From a virus: a DNA stretch of 64,000 bases. Shown here one piece after another: positions 39,295-49,297 of this stretch; the first letter of the stretch is position 1; each line of letters begins with the position of its first letter. The stretch lies in the IMG/VR virus record IMGVR_UViG_3300027141_000003, positions 32,001 to 96,000 of that record. One strand, written 5' to 3'. Under the pieces are notes generated by a model that worked only from the letters and a program-made list of their open reading frames with translations, was not told the DNA's origin and ran no database searches. The position numbers and the translations under genes are program-made.

Positions 39295-39822
39295 CTAGGC
39301 AAATCTGCCCAATGTGCTTGAGGCCCCATTGGTATCTGTATCTCTTGAGTATTTTATTTCTAAAATGATCTCAGAGGAGAAAAATCCCTGAAGTTCTTCA
39401 GATGGTGCCGTTGGGGAGATATCTGCTATATGTATACTGTGAAACTTAAACATATCTGAAAGTCCTGTCCACCTGTTTATGTCTCTAGCCGACTCGTCCA
39501 TTCTTCTAAACTCATCTGTCATGTAATTTCTAATCTCATTTATATCTGCCACCGAAGTTGAATATACGGTAAAGAGAATCTGCTCACAGCATATCAACCA
39601 ATTGTCGTCATATGACATTCCAATCTTGTCGTAAACAATATGCTTTTTGCCGCTCATAAATTGATTTAATTCTGGCGCCTGCTGAACTGGAATAATTGGT
39701 ATAATATTCTCGTTTAGGTTATCGCTCCAATAGTCGTCTTCGTCAAATATGTTTCTGGTATAAAGCTCTTTCCAAAGATACTTTCTTAGCTCCAGCATTG
39801 CGTCTAACTTGTAATTAGCCAT
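39295..39822 (-). CDS. Tail terminator-like protein
   Basis: Position directly upstream of the major tail gene. 175 aa. Confidence 0.55.
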   Translation of the reverse strand: MANYKLDAMLELRKYLWKELYTRNIFDEDDYWSDNLNENIIPIIPVQQAPELNQFMSGKKHIVYDKIGMSYDDNWLICCEQILFTVYSTSVADINEIRNYMTDEFRRMDESARDINRWTGLSDMFKFHSIHIADISPTAPSEELQGFFSSEIILEIKYSRDTDTNGASSTLGRFA

Positions 39823-40604
39823 TACATTGAACCTCCGAATGCTAAGGCTAAGGCTGAGTCAGCTTGAGCCCTAATAGAATTTGCTGAAAAAGAATACTGA
39901 ACTCTTTTGATATTTGATGGAACTCCCAGTGCCCTTGTAATACTTGAGTTAAATAATCTTTGAAACCCAGATCTTTTCATTGAGTCGCTTACTAATCTAC
40001 CGCTAAAAAATCTTGAGTAGGCTAGTGTAAATTGATTGGTAGCTGCAGATCCTCCAGGGCGACGAACTGTAACAGACGCTCCCTTTGGCATAAACACCAC
40101 TTCTCCATCCATTTCAAATACAAGGCGCTCTGCGCTTTTAGGTTTAATTACTAACGGCTTACCATTTTCCATAACAGAAGCCTTATTTGCAAACATATGA
40201 CTACGTCTTCTATTTGATGAGGGGACCATTGTTTTAGATGGCAAGAAATCATAGTTAATACCAAATGATAAACCAGTTTGTGTGGTCTTGTTTAGTTTAA
40301 ACAGCCTATGGGTTTTGTTACCAGCCTTTTTCCATTCGTAAACATGATGCAAAGACTTGGGCTTACTTCTAGCCAATGCGTCAATATAATTTCCAAAATC
40401 TAGATTTATCTGATCAAACATAAGCTTGCTAAATGAATTCTGAAACTTTTTATTACTTGTTAGTTTTGCTATTACTGATGCTTCATAATATACGTATGCT
40501 GATATTTGTGCCACTGTACTGTCTCTCAATGGCCCTTTTTGATTTGAGTGCATCATTCTTTCAAGTCCGCTTGCTGCTTGAACTAGTAGTCCGCTATTAT
40601 CCAA
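39822..40604 (-). CDS. Neck/tail completion protein
   Basis: Basic protein with LHHVYEW in the head-tail module. Probable TTG start at 40604 (track start 40646). Confidence 0.5.
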   Translation of the reverse strand: MDNSGLLVQAASGLERMMHSNQKGPLRDSTVAQISAYVYYEASVIAKLTSNKKFQNSFSKLMFDQINLDFGNYIDALARSKPKSLHHVYEWKKAGNKTHRLFKLNKTTQTGLSFGINYDFLPSKTMVPSSNRRRSHMFANKASVMENGKPLVIKPKSAERLVFEMDGEVVFMPKGASVTVRRPGGSAATNQFTLAYSRFFSGRLVSDSMKRSGFQRLFNSSITRALGVPSNIKRVQYSFSANSIRAQADSALALAFGGSM

Positions 40605-41022
40605 TTTGCTGGTTCTCCGATCTCTTGAGAGATGAGTTATAAGCAATTACTCTACCAAACGGGTCTGTCATTGGTGTAGTTCCCATTACTTCAAATACTG
40701 TTGGGGTCTCACTTGGATAGTTAATTTCATTCCAGATTGTGTTTCCTTCAACATCTTTTATGTTGGTAACTTTTTCTCTAGCTGTTAATTTTTCAGAAGT
40801 TCTTACCTGAATAACTTGATCATTTAAATACTTGTTTGAAAAAATTTGCTTATCGCTAGATCGAGTCGTTGCAGAGTTGCTGATTACACCCTTTGCGTGA
40901 CATGCAATTGTTTTATAGTAATTCCACTCTTTTACGATTGCTCCAGTATCTGGATCTTGAATTTCAGACTGTCTGTAAACATCTAAATTCATAGACAAGA
41001 CAGAGTCTACGATGCCACTCAT
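40597..41022 (-). CDS. Head-to-tail stopper
   Basis: DVYRQSEIQDPDTGAIVKEW pattern and synteny. Confidence 0.6.
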   Translation of the reverse strand: MSGIVDSVLSMNLDVYRQSEIQDPDTGAIVKEWNYYKTIACHAKGVISNSATTRSSDKQIFSNKYLNDQVIQVRTSEKLTAREKVTNIKDVEGNTIWNEINYPSETPTVFEVMGTTPMTDPFGRVIAYNSSLKRSENQQIG

Positions 41023-42002
41023 TATATAATCTCAGCTTTAATTGTTAAGACATAATCGGCTAACAGGTTGTCCGCAAAAGCGTTGCCTGTGCCTGTATAA
41101 GCATCTCCTGTATACTCAAAATCCCAGTCAAATGTTGATATAGACTTGACGTATTTGTTTCTCCAAGCAGTGTCCTTAGAGAAATAATCTTTTATAAGCT
41201 CAATAGCTGCTAGCTCTACATTATCTGGAACTTCGCTCCAACCAAATCTACCAGTTACTTTATAAGGAACTCCTGAATTAAATAATCCTGAGTAATCATG
41301 AATGCTGGGTGGAACCATACCGTTTGCTGTATAGACTGTGTTATCTACTAAACTTGCTCTATTAACTCTAATACCATATCCGCTTTCAGAAATCTGAACA
41401 GGGAAATTCCAGTTGTTAATATTATTAATATTGTCTAGTAGTAGGGTGTCGTTCATTGTTAGGCTATGAAGTGCATTTATCTTAGCAGGCAGCGGAAGAG
41501 TGTCTGAATCATATCCGTAAACTACCTGAATGTCGTCATATAGGAAAAACTTTTGCCCAGTATATTCTTCAATTTGTTTTCTAGCATAACGCTCTGCTTT
41601 TAATAATTCTTTGTAAGACTTGTATCCTGGATCAGATGAGTCTGTGCTAAATCCTAAATCTTGTACGTGGTTAAAATCAACATATGGGGTTACCACAAAA
41701 ACTGTGTCTGATCTAACAACAGCAGTTCCGCCTATAGAGTATTCCCATTGTAGTTTCAGGGTTCTGCTTCGGCCAGTAAGAGAGTACGGAATATTTACAC
41801 TGTAAGTTCCAGGATTGCTTTCGTCTATTGCTGATGTTAATGTGCTTAATAAAGTTGTAGGGAGTACGGCAGGACTAATTGTCGCATCTAGAGTGGTATC
41901 GTATATCTTAACAATAGGCAATGAATCTGTGACTGCAATGTCACCGTTCCAAAATACTTGATGAACAATTGGTGATTGTGATTTAACTAAAATCTCTGCC
42001 AT
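41022..42002 (-). CDS. Head-to-tail adaptor
   Basis: AERYARKQIEEYTGQKF, VTGRFGWSEVPDNVELAAIEL and TGNAFADNLLADY. Confidence 0.7.
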   Translation of the reverse strand: MAEILVKSQSPIVHQVFWNGDIAVTDSLPIVKIYDTTLDATISPAVLPTTLLSTLTSAIDESNPGTYSVNIPYSLTGRSRTLKLQWEYSIGGTAVVRSDTVFVVTPYVDFNHVQDLGFSTDSSDPGYKSYKELLKAERYARKQIEEYTGQKFFLYDDIQVVYGYDSDTLPLPAKINALHSLTMNDTLLLDNINNINNWNFPVQISESGYGIRVNRASLVDNTVYTANGMVPPSIHDYSGLFNSGVPYKVTGRFGWSEVPDNVELAAIELIKDYFSKDTAWRNKYVKSISTFDWDFEYTGDAYTGTGNAFADNLLADYVLTIKAEII

Positions 42003-42016
42003 TTTATTGACTTAGA

Positions 42017-42418
42017 CTAGCTGTAATACTCCTGGACTTCTCTAGGAGATGCTAACCTAAAGCCTTCCTCCTTATCAAAAATTTCTTGAGCGATCTCTTC
42101 AGATAAGGCTACGAATGGATGCTCTTTGGTAAAAGTGGCTCCCATAATATCAAATCTAAAGTTCTCTCTGGTCATTCTTACTAATACTGTATTTTCTGGC
42201 TGTTCTACTTTTGGATCAAACTTTGGCAATACTTCTATTGACATGTCTTCCGTCTCTTCTTCAATCTTTTTAATAGTGCTGTTATATACAGACCATGTAA
42301 CGCCCTCTTCTGCAAGAGAGGCAATAATATCAACCTTGGTTTTTAGGCCTTCGGTATCGACTGCAAAATCTTCTGCGATCTTTCTTAGCTCTGATATCTT
42401 TAATGTCTCAAATGACAT
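42017..42418 (-). CDS. Hypothetical protein (N-terminal HeH/Rho-N-like motif)
   Basis: LKISELRKIAEDF..KTKVDII. Follows the capsid gene. Confidence 0.55.
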   Translation of the reverse strand: MSFETLKISELRKIAEDFAVDTEGLKTKVDIIASLAEEGVTWSVYNSTIKKIEEETEDMSIEVLPKFDPKVEQPENTVLVRMTRENFRFDIMGATFTKEHPFVALSEEIAQEIFDKEEGFRLASPREVQEYYS

Positions 42419-42470
42419 GCAAATCTCCTATTTCTACTTAAAGCAATTATAGCATTGTTAAATTAAAATG

Positions 42471-42500
42471 AAAAGCCCCTAAAATTAATTAGGGGCCTTT
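42471..42500 (-). terminator. Rho-independent terminator after the major capsid gene
   Basis: GCCCCTAA-ttaatt-TTAGGGGC followed by TTTT on the minus strand. Confidence 0.75.
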
Positions 42501-42521
42501 CCAACTAGTTAAATCCTATTA

Positions 42522-43577
42522 TTAGGAAGCAACCTTAACGTTACGAACAACTACCCAAGCATCTGCCTGCTCGATTTGAACGCCAACACGAGTATACAAT
42601 GTGTACTCGATTGAGTCCTTACGTGGCTCGAAGAAGCGGTAAACGGTTACATCACGCTTGATACCAATAACTACGTTATTTGGGAATGTCAAGTGGACGT
42701 CTCCGTGGTTTCCTGATGGAGAAGAGTATGATCCAGTCTGTGTCTCAGGAAGAAGTGGAACTTCAACAATCGGAATACCGAATGCGAATGGTGCCACATA
42801 TCCTGCTGGTCCACCTAGTGGTGAAACTCCTCCACGGATTACGCTTGATGCGATATCTTGTGGAATTGTTTGGTTTGTTCCAATGCTGTTAGCATATAGG
42901 AAATCCTGAATCAGGTTTGATCCTGCTAGGAAGCGAAGGTCTGCACGACGTTGCTTGTACTTACGTGGCATTGCCTTGAGTGCTTTGTTAAACAACTCAC
43001 GGCTTACGCCTGCTCCAAGAGCATCTACTACGTGTGCATTTGCCTTTGCCTTCTTTACAACGCCATCAAATGACTTGTATAGGGCATCGGTTGTTAGGGA
43101 TGTATCACCATTGAGGATTACATCTTCAATGTCGTTACCTGCCTGTGTTGCCATCAAACGTGCAATATGATCTTCAAGATCTGCACCTTCGATGTTATCT
43201 TCTAGTGACTCTGTTGAAAGTTCCCAGTCCATGCGGAGCTTCTTTGTAGTCAAAGAGATTTTTGAGAAAGTTACTGCGCCATTTACGGCTGTATTGTCAC
43301 CTTCGGTTGCAAGCTTCATAAGCTTCTCACCAACGGACATACGATCAATCTCAGATGTGTCAGCCTTCATACGAACTGTACGGGCGACCTTACCGATTAC
43401 GGTAGCGTCGAACATGTAGTCCAGGAAGCGAGCTGATTGTTCTGCGTTTAGGAGACCAGCGTTGCCTGCCTCGCCAGCTTTATGCTGACCAGTAGCAGAA
43501 CCACCTGTGACTCCTGCAAAAGTACCTGTTGCAGTTGTACCTGCAGCGATAGCTTTTTCTAAGTTTTCATTACTCAT
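42522..43577 (-). CDS. Major capsid protein (HK97 fold)
   Basis: GLLNAEQSARFLD, KLRMDWELSTESLEDNIEG, GNDIEDVILNGD and GIPIVEVP. Follows the protease. Likely start MSNENL at 43577. Confidence 0.9.
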   Translation of the reverse strand: MSNENLEKAIAAGTTATGTFAGVTGGSATGQHKAGEAGNAGLLNAEQSARFLDYMFDATVIGKVARTVRMKADTSEIDRMSVGEKLMKLATEGDNTAVNGAVTFSKISLTTKKLRMDWELSTESLEDNIEGADLEDHIARLMATQAGNDIEDVILNGDTSLTTDALYKSFDGVVKKAKANAHVVDALGAGVSRELFNKALKAMPRKYKQRRADLRFLAGSNLIQDFLYANSIGTNQTIPQDIASSVIRGGVSPLGGPAGYVAPFAFGIPIVEVPLLPETQTGSYSSPSGNHGDVHLTFPNNVVIGIKRDVTVYRFFEPRKDSIEYTLYTRVGVQIEQADAWVVVRNVKVAS

Positions 43578-43599
43578 TTTATATTTCACCTACCTTATT

Positions 43600-44898
43600 T
43601 TAGTTAAAAATTTCGTTCACGGAACCAAGGAAAGAACCGTTCCACTTTGATTTTTTGATCATTACTTCCTGAGACCCGCCAAGGTCTGAGGACTTCTTAA
43701 TTGCAGTCTCTGATTCTACTGCGTCGACACGCTTTTGTACACCATCAATCGTGCTCTTGATATTTTCAACAGCAGTTGAGAGTGCTGTGTGTTGTTCTGC
43801 CAACTCTGAAATTCGGCTATCTACGCTCTTGCTGAACGTTTCAACTGTATCTTTAATTGTTGAAACTTGTTCTGCATTTGCCTCTGTAGCTTTATTCAAT
43901 GTCTCTGAGAAAAATCCCTTAAGGTCGCCAAGCATTTTAGCAAAATCAGGTTCATCAACCATAACTTCTGATACATCGGCTGCTTTTTCTAGAGTTTCGG
44001 CAGGAGCGTCTTCTACTGGTGCTTCTACAACTGCTGGTGCTTCTTCGGCAACAACTGATGCTTCCGCAACTACAGTCTCTTCGACTGCTGTGTTTTCTGT
44101 GTTTTCTGACACTTCATTACCTCCTTCTATGTCTGCCTGTTTTGCAATTTGTGTTTCAGGCGTGGACAATCTTGATTTTTTATGTAAATCAAGAATCTTT
44201 TTTATTTCTTTTGCTTTGTTAACATCGTTTGACTCTACCCATCCGATTAGTGTTGCAGGCTTTCCTGTAACTGGGGAATCGTATGATGCTTCTGTTGAAA
44301 TAAATACTGAGTCTGAGTCTGCACAATAAAAAATGTTTTCTGCTTTAACTTCAGTTGCTATTCCTTTAAATATTAGTTCGCCGTTCATCTTGGAGATAGA
44401 AAGGATGTTACATAGTTCGTTTGCTGGAGAGTCGACAATTGAAAGCTCCATTAAAGAATAGTCCTTAATAAATCTTGTTGTCTTACCAGTTGACTTATTG
44501 ACTTCGTTATCTGATTCAATAATCTTTCCGCCGATTGAAAATCCTGTTAGAGTTCCATCTAGAACTTTTTCCCAAGTATCTTGAGCACCCTTTGAAACGT
44601 ATGCGTCAACATAGACTCCATTATAAAATTCTTGCGACTTAGCATCATAGTATGTTTCTGGCTTAAATGAAATCATTTTGCCAACTGCATTTGAGCTGTG
44701 CATCTCACGAATGTTTCCTCGGAAATTTTCAAAAGCTTTAATGCTTGCTTCCATAGTTACTACGTCACCTGTCTGATCAACGTTGTCTAGTGTTGCAAAA
44801 CCTGAGACAGTACGCTTTTCACGGTTGACTTTTGTAAATGGGACCGATAAAACTATCTGATCGCCATTGGAAGACCATAAGGATTTTTCAATGTTCAT
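43600..44898 (-). CDS. Prohead protease fused to scaffold domain
   Basis: VSGFAT..VDQTGD, REMH, GFSIGG and ELSIVDSPAN (HK97/XkdF-type protease), followed by an acidic linker and coiled coil. Confidence 0.88.
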   Translation of the reverse strand: MNIEKSLWSSNGDQIVLSVPFTKVNREKRTVSGFATLDNVDQTGDVVTMEASIKAFENFRGNIREMHSSNAVGKMISFKPETYYDAKSQEFYNGVYVDAYVSKGAQDTWEKVLDGTLTGFSIGGKIIESDNEVNKSTGKTTRFIKDYSLMELSIVDSPANELCNILSISKMNGELIFKGIATEVKAENIFYCADSDSVFISTEASYDSPVTGKPATLIGWVESNDVNKAKEIKKILDLHKKSRLSTPETQIAKQADIEGGNEVSENTENTAVEETVVAEASVVAEEAPAVVEAPVEDAPAETLEKAADVSEVMVDEPDFAKMLGDLKGFFSETLNKATEANAEQVSTIKDTVETFSKSVDSRISELAEQHTALSTAVENIKSTIDGVQKRVDAVESETAIKKSSDLGGSQEVMIKKSKWNGSFLGSVNEIFN

Positions 44899-44905
44899 AT
44901 GCTTA

Positions 44906-44934
44906 ATTTTATAACGTTATCGTATATAAGGCAA
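44906..44934 (-). promoter_or_regulatory. SigA-type promoter, leaderless (TTGCCT-N17-TAAAAT-N7-ATG)
   Basis: Read directly upstream of the ATG at 44898. Confidence 0.6.
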
Positions 44935-44951
44935 ATAATGGTTGAGCAGGG

Positions 44952-46535
44952 TCAGTCGACTTGTCTTCCGTCTCCTTGAGCATTTCTTCCCTCTCCAGAA
45001 ATATCGGGGGAATTTGCAGACCTTTCAGAATCTCTAGCTCTGGTTTTTCCTGCCTGTGCTCTAACCTCTGCCTGTGCCTGTGGCTTTAACTCTACAACTT
45101 TATCTCCACCATCAATTGGAACCATGCCCATTCTAATTCTTACTTCATTAGGAGTTACTACCTGCATCCTTAAATATCTTTCATCAATTTTAGACTGAGT
45201 GTCTTCGTCGGTCAAAGTAAGCTCATTAAATTTAAGAAGCAGGGCATCGGTCATTTCTTCAATAATTTTATTTAATTTCTTTTCTAAATTCATTTGTGCT
45301 GGGCGGCATACTTGCTCTCTAAATGTTTTATCGGCATCTCTGGCTACCGCTAAATTTACTCCCTCTGGAGTTCCAATTTTATTAATTGGCACACGGTGAG
45401 ATAATAGAATTTCGTCTCTATTTGATTTACGATATACGTTAAATGAAGACTCTTGGGTTCCCGCCTCAATTGGCTCCATCTTAAATTCAACCTTTGAATC
45501 TGGTGAATCTGGAGGAAGTGGAATATATAGAGATCTATGGTTCTTGCCCCTCAGTCCAACTTGGAAGAACTCAAGCAATTTACGCTCTGACTCTGTAGAA
45601 AGCTTTGCACCCTTTACTGTAATAATGTAACGAGGCACCGCCTTATTCTCAAAGTAATCAAGGTTGTACTTACCAGCAAATTCATTTCCTGCCATTGCAT
45701 TTGATGACGCTACAATATCTGGGATACCGTAGTAGTTATTTGTAGGGGTGTACTTCTTAAGATGAATAATTTCGTTAGGTCTATCTAGTCCGCCTGCAAT
45801 TGGATTCTCTGTTTCTTGATCTCCAAATGTACGGAAGAATACTGCCTTGCCATAAAGCAATTGAATAAATCCATCACGCAGTCTACGAATTCTCATAGTC
45901 TTTGCTGGAATGTGACCGATATATCCAATCTTGCCAGCAGATGTTCTGCCGATTTCAATATAGCCATTTCCTGTTGCTTCAACGTCTGTGTATGCTTTAA
46001 TTAATGTCTCTGTAAATGTTTCTTCTTCATTGCAATTCTCAAGCCACTCGTATAAATCTTGACGTAGTCTATTTAGCTTTCTACGAGCTCTCTCTAATGA
46101 TTTATCATCTGTAATATTATCAAACGCTTCTTGCGTTTTACGTGTTTCAACAAAGTCATGGCCAAGACCAACAATATTTGAAACCTTAGCATTAATTGCT
46201 GAATAGTTGTATGGAGAAATTTCATAAATAGTTGATAGGTAATCTAGGTTATAAGGAGGCTCAACAAGATCAAACATTGCATAGCCAGTGACTGCTTGCT
46301 GCAATAGGTTTTGCTGTGTCTCTGTTCCGTCAAGACCCTGAAATCTTTTTTGTAGATCTCTATTCATCTTGCGACGAAATGCTGGGCTAAGCCCTGAAAT
46401 TTTTGTTAGATCTTCTCCGCTCACCTTAAATAGGTCAGTAGTTGTTTCTTCTCTGGGAGTATTAAACTTCATCCAGTCCGCCACGTTTGAGACTACAATA
46501 TCTTGTGAGTCATCATCTTCTACAAATTTTGTCAT
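44952..46535 (-). CDS. Portal protein (PBSX/HK97-like)
   Basis: DVEATGNGYIEIGR, EIIHLKKY..YYGIPD, YFENKAVP, HRVP..IG and TPNEVRIRMGM.PIDGGD. Confidence 0.92.
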   Translation of the reverse strand: MTKFVEDDDSQDIVVSNVADWMKFNTPREETTTDLFKVSGEDLTKISGLSPAFRRKMNRDLQKRFQGLDGTETQQNLLQQAVTGYAMFDLVEPPYNLDYLSTIYEISPYNYSAINAKVSNIVGLGHDFVETRKTQEAFDNITDDKSLERARRKLNRLRQDLYEWLENCNEEETFTETLIKAYTDVEATGNGYIEIGRTSAGKIGYIGHIPAKTMRIRRLRDGFIQLLYGKAVFFRTFGDQETENPIAGGLDRPNEIIHLKKYTPTNNYYGIPDIVASSNAMAGNEFAGKYNLDYFENKAVPRYIITVKGAKLSTESERKLLEFFQVGLRGKNHRSLYIPLPPDSPDSKVEFKMEPIEAGTQESSFNVYRKSNRDEILLSHRVPINKIGTPEGVNLAVARDADKTFREQVCRPAQMNLEKKLNKIIEEMTDALLLKFNELTLTDEDTQSKIDERYLRMQVVTPNEVRIRMGMVPIDGGDKVVELKPQAQAEVRAQAGKTRARDSERSANSPDISGEGRNAQGDGRQVD

Positions 46536-46873
46536 CTTAGTTTACCTAACTTTTTCATTTCATCTTTATAGTTTCCAATATCCAAAGGATCTGGAACTAG
46601 TCCCCACTCAAGTCTTTGTTTTTGTTCTGCAAACTCTTCGTCGTTGATTTTCCGCCTAGCGGAAAGAAACTTAGGCCCGCCTTCATATATGCCGTATGAG
46701 CGAACTTCTCTAGCCAAAGCATCGATGAGGGATCTATTTCCCTTTTTGGACGTGACCGAAAGATAATTACCATCATCGTCTCCAATCCATCTGCCGTCAG
46801 GCATTTCCCAAACATATATGCCTAGGGTTGATTCATCTTGCAAAATTTTTGTATTAGTCTTCTTGATGTCCAT
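46532..46873 (-). CDS. Conserved hypothetical protein upstream of portal
   Basis: GIYVWEMPDGRWIGDDDGNYL. Preceded by TGGACT-N17-TAAAAT-N8-ATG (46882-46910). Confidence 0.6.
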   Translation of the reverse strand: MDIKKTNTKILQDESTLGIYVWEMPDGRWIGDDDGNYLSVTSKKGNRSLIDALAREVRSYGIYEGGPKFLSARRKINDEEFAEQKQRLEWGLVPDPLDIGNYKDEMKKLGKLR

Positions 46874-46936
46874 AGACCTTTATTTTACCATTACTTGCTG
46901 TCTAAGTCCAGCTTTTTGTCAAGGTGCGTGACAAAT

Positions 46937-48682
46937 TTATATACTTTGTACCACGATCCAGTCGTTATCATAGTATTCTGGTGCTTCTTCTGTCACATTG
47001 ATAGCTGGATCTACGACTGAAGTAGAAGGTCTTCCACAATATAAATCAAAATGTGTGTCTACTTCTGTAATTGAAAGGGCTCTAGGGTATAAGGCAATAT
47101 TATTATATAGATTATCTGGCCCCCCAGAAGATTCATAATTAAATTTAAATACTCCCGTAATTGGAGATGCAAATACTAAAACTATGTGGTGAGGCTCTCC
47201 TGGGACCAGGAAATTGTTTACATTTGTTTGCGATGTCTTATCTACCCCATTGACGTAAAGAGCGCTTATAGAGGCCTTAGAGACCGTTTGAGAGCCATTC
47301 CAGGCATACTTAGTGCCAGAGGCTGCGTGATAAAATAATGTATTTGCGCCATTAGTCTTAGGAGTAAAAAACATCTCTACTGTACTTATATTTAATCCAG
47401 TATTAGAATCAAATCCATACCCAGACTTAGCCCTAATTCCATTATTGTAGTGTCTAATTAATGGTGAATAATTTAATGATCCGACTCTAAATTGACTATT
47501 AGATCCAATATAACTATTTGAGTTGTCTGCATACACCAAGGATTCTCTATAGAACCTGATTGAAAAATAAGAAAGTCTAGGAAGGAACTTACTAGCATCT
47601 GTAGTAGACATTGTGATTTTTATATAAAGTAGCCCACTAGAATTAAATGATCCTTTTGTGTATTGTGGGATAGAGTCTCCATTTTCACACACTACATAAT
47701 TAGTTCCATCTATACTGGTTTGAACTGTAATTCCTAAGTCGTTCCGCCATTCAATTTTTGAATTTGTCAATCCACTTTCTGTTGGAATAAATAAAAAGTC
47801 TTCAATAATTAATGTTTTTGAGATAGCGGTTTCAGTCGGAATAAAGGATACATATTGACCTACTTCATCATAATAAGTATTAGAATCTATTACCTCGTCC
47901 CAAGGCTTGGATACACCGTATATGTAATCAAAGTCCACTCTGTTATTTAAATCTGAGCAAGAAAACACTGTGCCATTTTCTGGGTGCGCCACATGAATTG
48001 GCTGTATGTAATAATTGCCGTCATTGAAATGCTTTAATATCTTATCTCCTGTTAGCCCATATCTATATACCGCTGGAGCATCTACAATAAAGGAGTCAGA
48101 CACATTTGAGGTTGGACCAATTTGTAAGTCTAACTGTGTATTAGTAAATTTAAATGAAGAGTCTATAGATTTAATTGCTACCTGCTTACCATCTATAAAC
48201 AAGCTAATAGAATCAACCGAATAAACTCCTGCTACGTGAATAGCTTTTTTGCTATAAAATAATGCCCATCTAATTTGCTCCGTACTGGAAATTTTAAACA
48301 CTACATCTCCCTTTTCATAATATAAACCTATGCCGTCTGCAACATCTGCAAACAGAGGGGTTGATGTGGAAGATTGAATATCTTGACTTACCCATAGCTC
48401 TAAGGTAAAGTCATTGTCTGAAGAGTATTTGTTTCCTAGCCCATTTGAAACAGATGAGCCATAGAAGTCTTTTGATGTTGGTAGTGTTATATAAGCAGTA
48501 TTAGTTATTTTGGTTCCTGATCCGCCGCCTGCAATAATTGGCAACATGTTTGATGCGGGAGATCCCACATATGTAGCATTATTTCCACACCCTGAAATAT
48601 CTGCGGCATTAGTCCCCGAAGTCTCATCCAGTGGCCAAAACCCAATTGGATAATCTTTGATAACCTTCAGTGTATACGTCAT
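46937..48682 (-). CDS. LamG/concanavalin-A-like virion protein
   Basis: PIGFWPLDE.SG..AADISG.GN, FTLELW and HVAGVY...LFIDG. Two LamG-like units. Confidence 0.7.
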   Translation of the reverse strand: MTYTLKVIKDYPIGFWPLDETSGTNAADISGCGNNATYVGSPASNMLPIIAGGGSGTKITNTAYITLPTSKDFYGSSVSNGLGNKYSSDNDFTLELWVSQDIQSSTSTPLFADVADGIGLYYEKGDVVFKISSTEQIRWALFYSKKAIHVAGVYSVDSISLFIDGKQVAIKSIDSSFKFTNTQLDLQIGPTSNVSDSFIVDAPAVYRYGLTGDKILKHFNDGNYYIQPIHVAHPENGTVFSCSDLNNRVDFDYIYGVSKPWDEVIDSNTYYDEVGQYVSFIPTETAISKTLIIEDFLFIPTESGLTNSKIEWRNDLGITVQTSIDGTNYVVCENGDSIPQYTKGSFNSSGLLYIKITMSTTDASKFLPRLSYFSIRFYRESLVYADNSNSYIGSNSQFRVGSLNYSPLIRHYNNGIRAKSGYGFDSNTGLNISTVEMFFTPKTNGANTLFYHAASGTKYAWNGSQTVSKASISALYVNGVDKTSQTNVNNFLVPGEPHHIVLVFASPITGVFKFNYESSGGPDNLYNNIALYPRALSITEVDTHFDLYCGRPSTSVVDPAINVTEEAPEYYDNDWIVVQSI

Positions 48683-48703
48683 AATTCTATTATATACTAA
48701 CTC

Positions 48704-49297
48704 TTACCTTTTGAAAAAGAATATGGGCACCATATACTTAGTTCCAGATATTGTTGGCTTTGGATCATGCAAAACTCCTTCTGAGGCAAATACAACTACG
48801 CTTCCAGCTTCTGGCTTTAATGATATGCCGTGATCTGGGAATTCTATTTCTCCGCCTTCGTAGTCATCATTTAAATACATAACCATTGAAACAGTAGATG
48901 TATGCTCTGCCCCATCGTATGCGTCTACATGCGCCCCCATATGAACACCAACATTATATTTATTTATACCAAAATAAACTGGTAAGTATCCTAGTTCTAT
49001 TCCAGAACTAGCAGCATACTCTTCACCTATTGAGATTACATTTTGTGTAATCATAGAGCAAAGTTTGGCATTACTTCTATCTGCATCCGTAATGTTTTGA
49101 AACATATTTAAAAAGCATTTTTTTAGCTTCCCATAAGAAACATTACTATTTGATGCATTCCACTGTTCCCATTGTGATATTTGAGAAAAGGGACCCTGAA
49201 AGGCATCCATATCTTCAATCTCTTTTACAAAGGATATCGGGTCTGCAATAACATTTTTATAGTAATGTATTTCAGGATGTAAAATTTCTTTAATCAT
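48704..49297 (-). CDS. 2OG-Fe(II) oxygenase, prolyl-4-hydroxylase-like
   Basis: HVD...YLNDDYEGGEI...H...GTKY. Likely start MIKEIL at 49297 (track start 49327). Confidence 0.85.
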   Translation of the reverse strand: MIKEILHPEIHYYKNVIADPISFVKEIEDMDAFQGPFSQISQWEQWNASNSNVSYGKLKKCFLNMFQNITDADRSNAKLCSMITQNVISIGEEYAASSGIELGYLPVYFGINKYNVGVHMGAHVDAYDGAEHTSTVSMVMYLNDDYEGGEIEFPDHGISLKPEAGSVVVFASEGVLHDPKPTISGTKYMVPIFFFKR

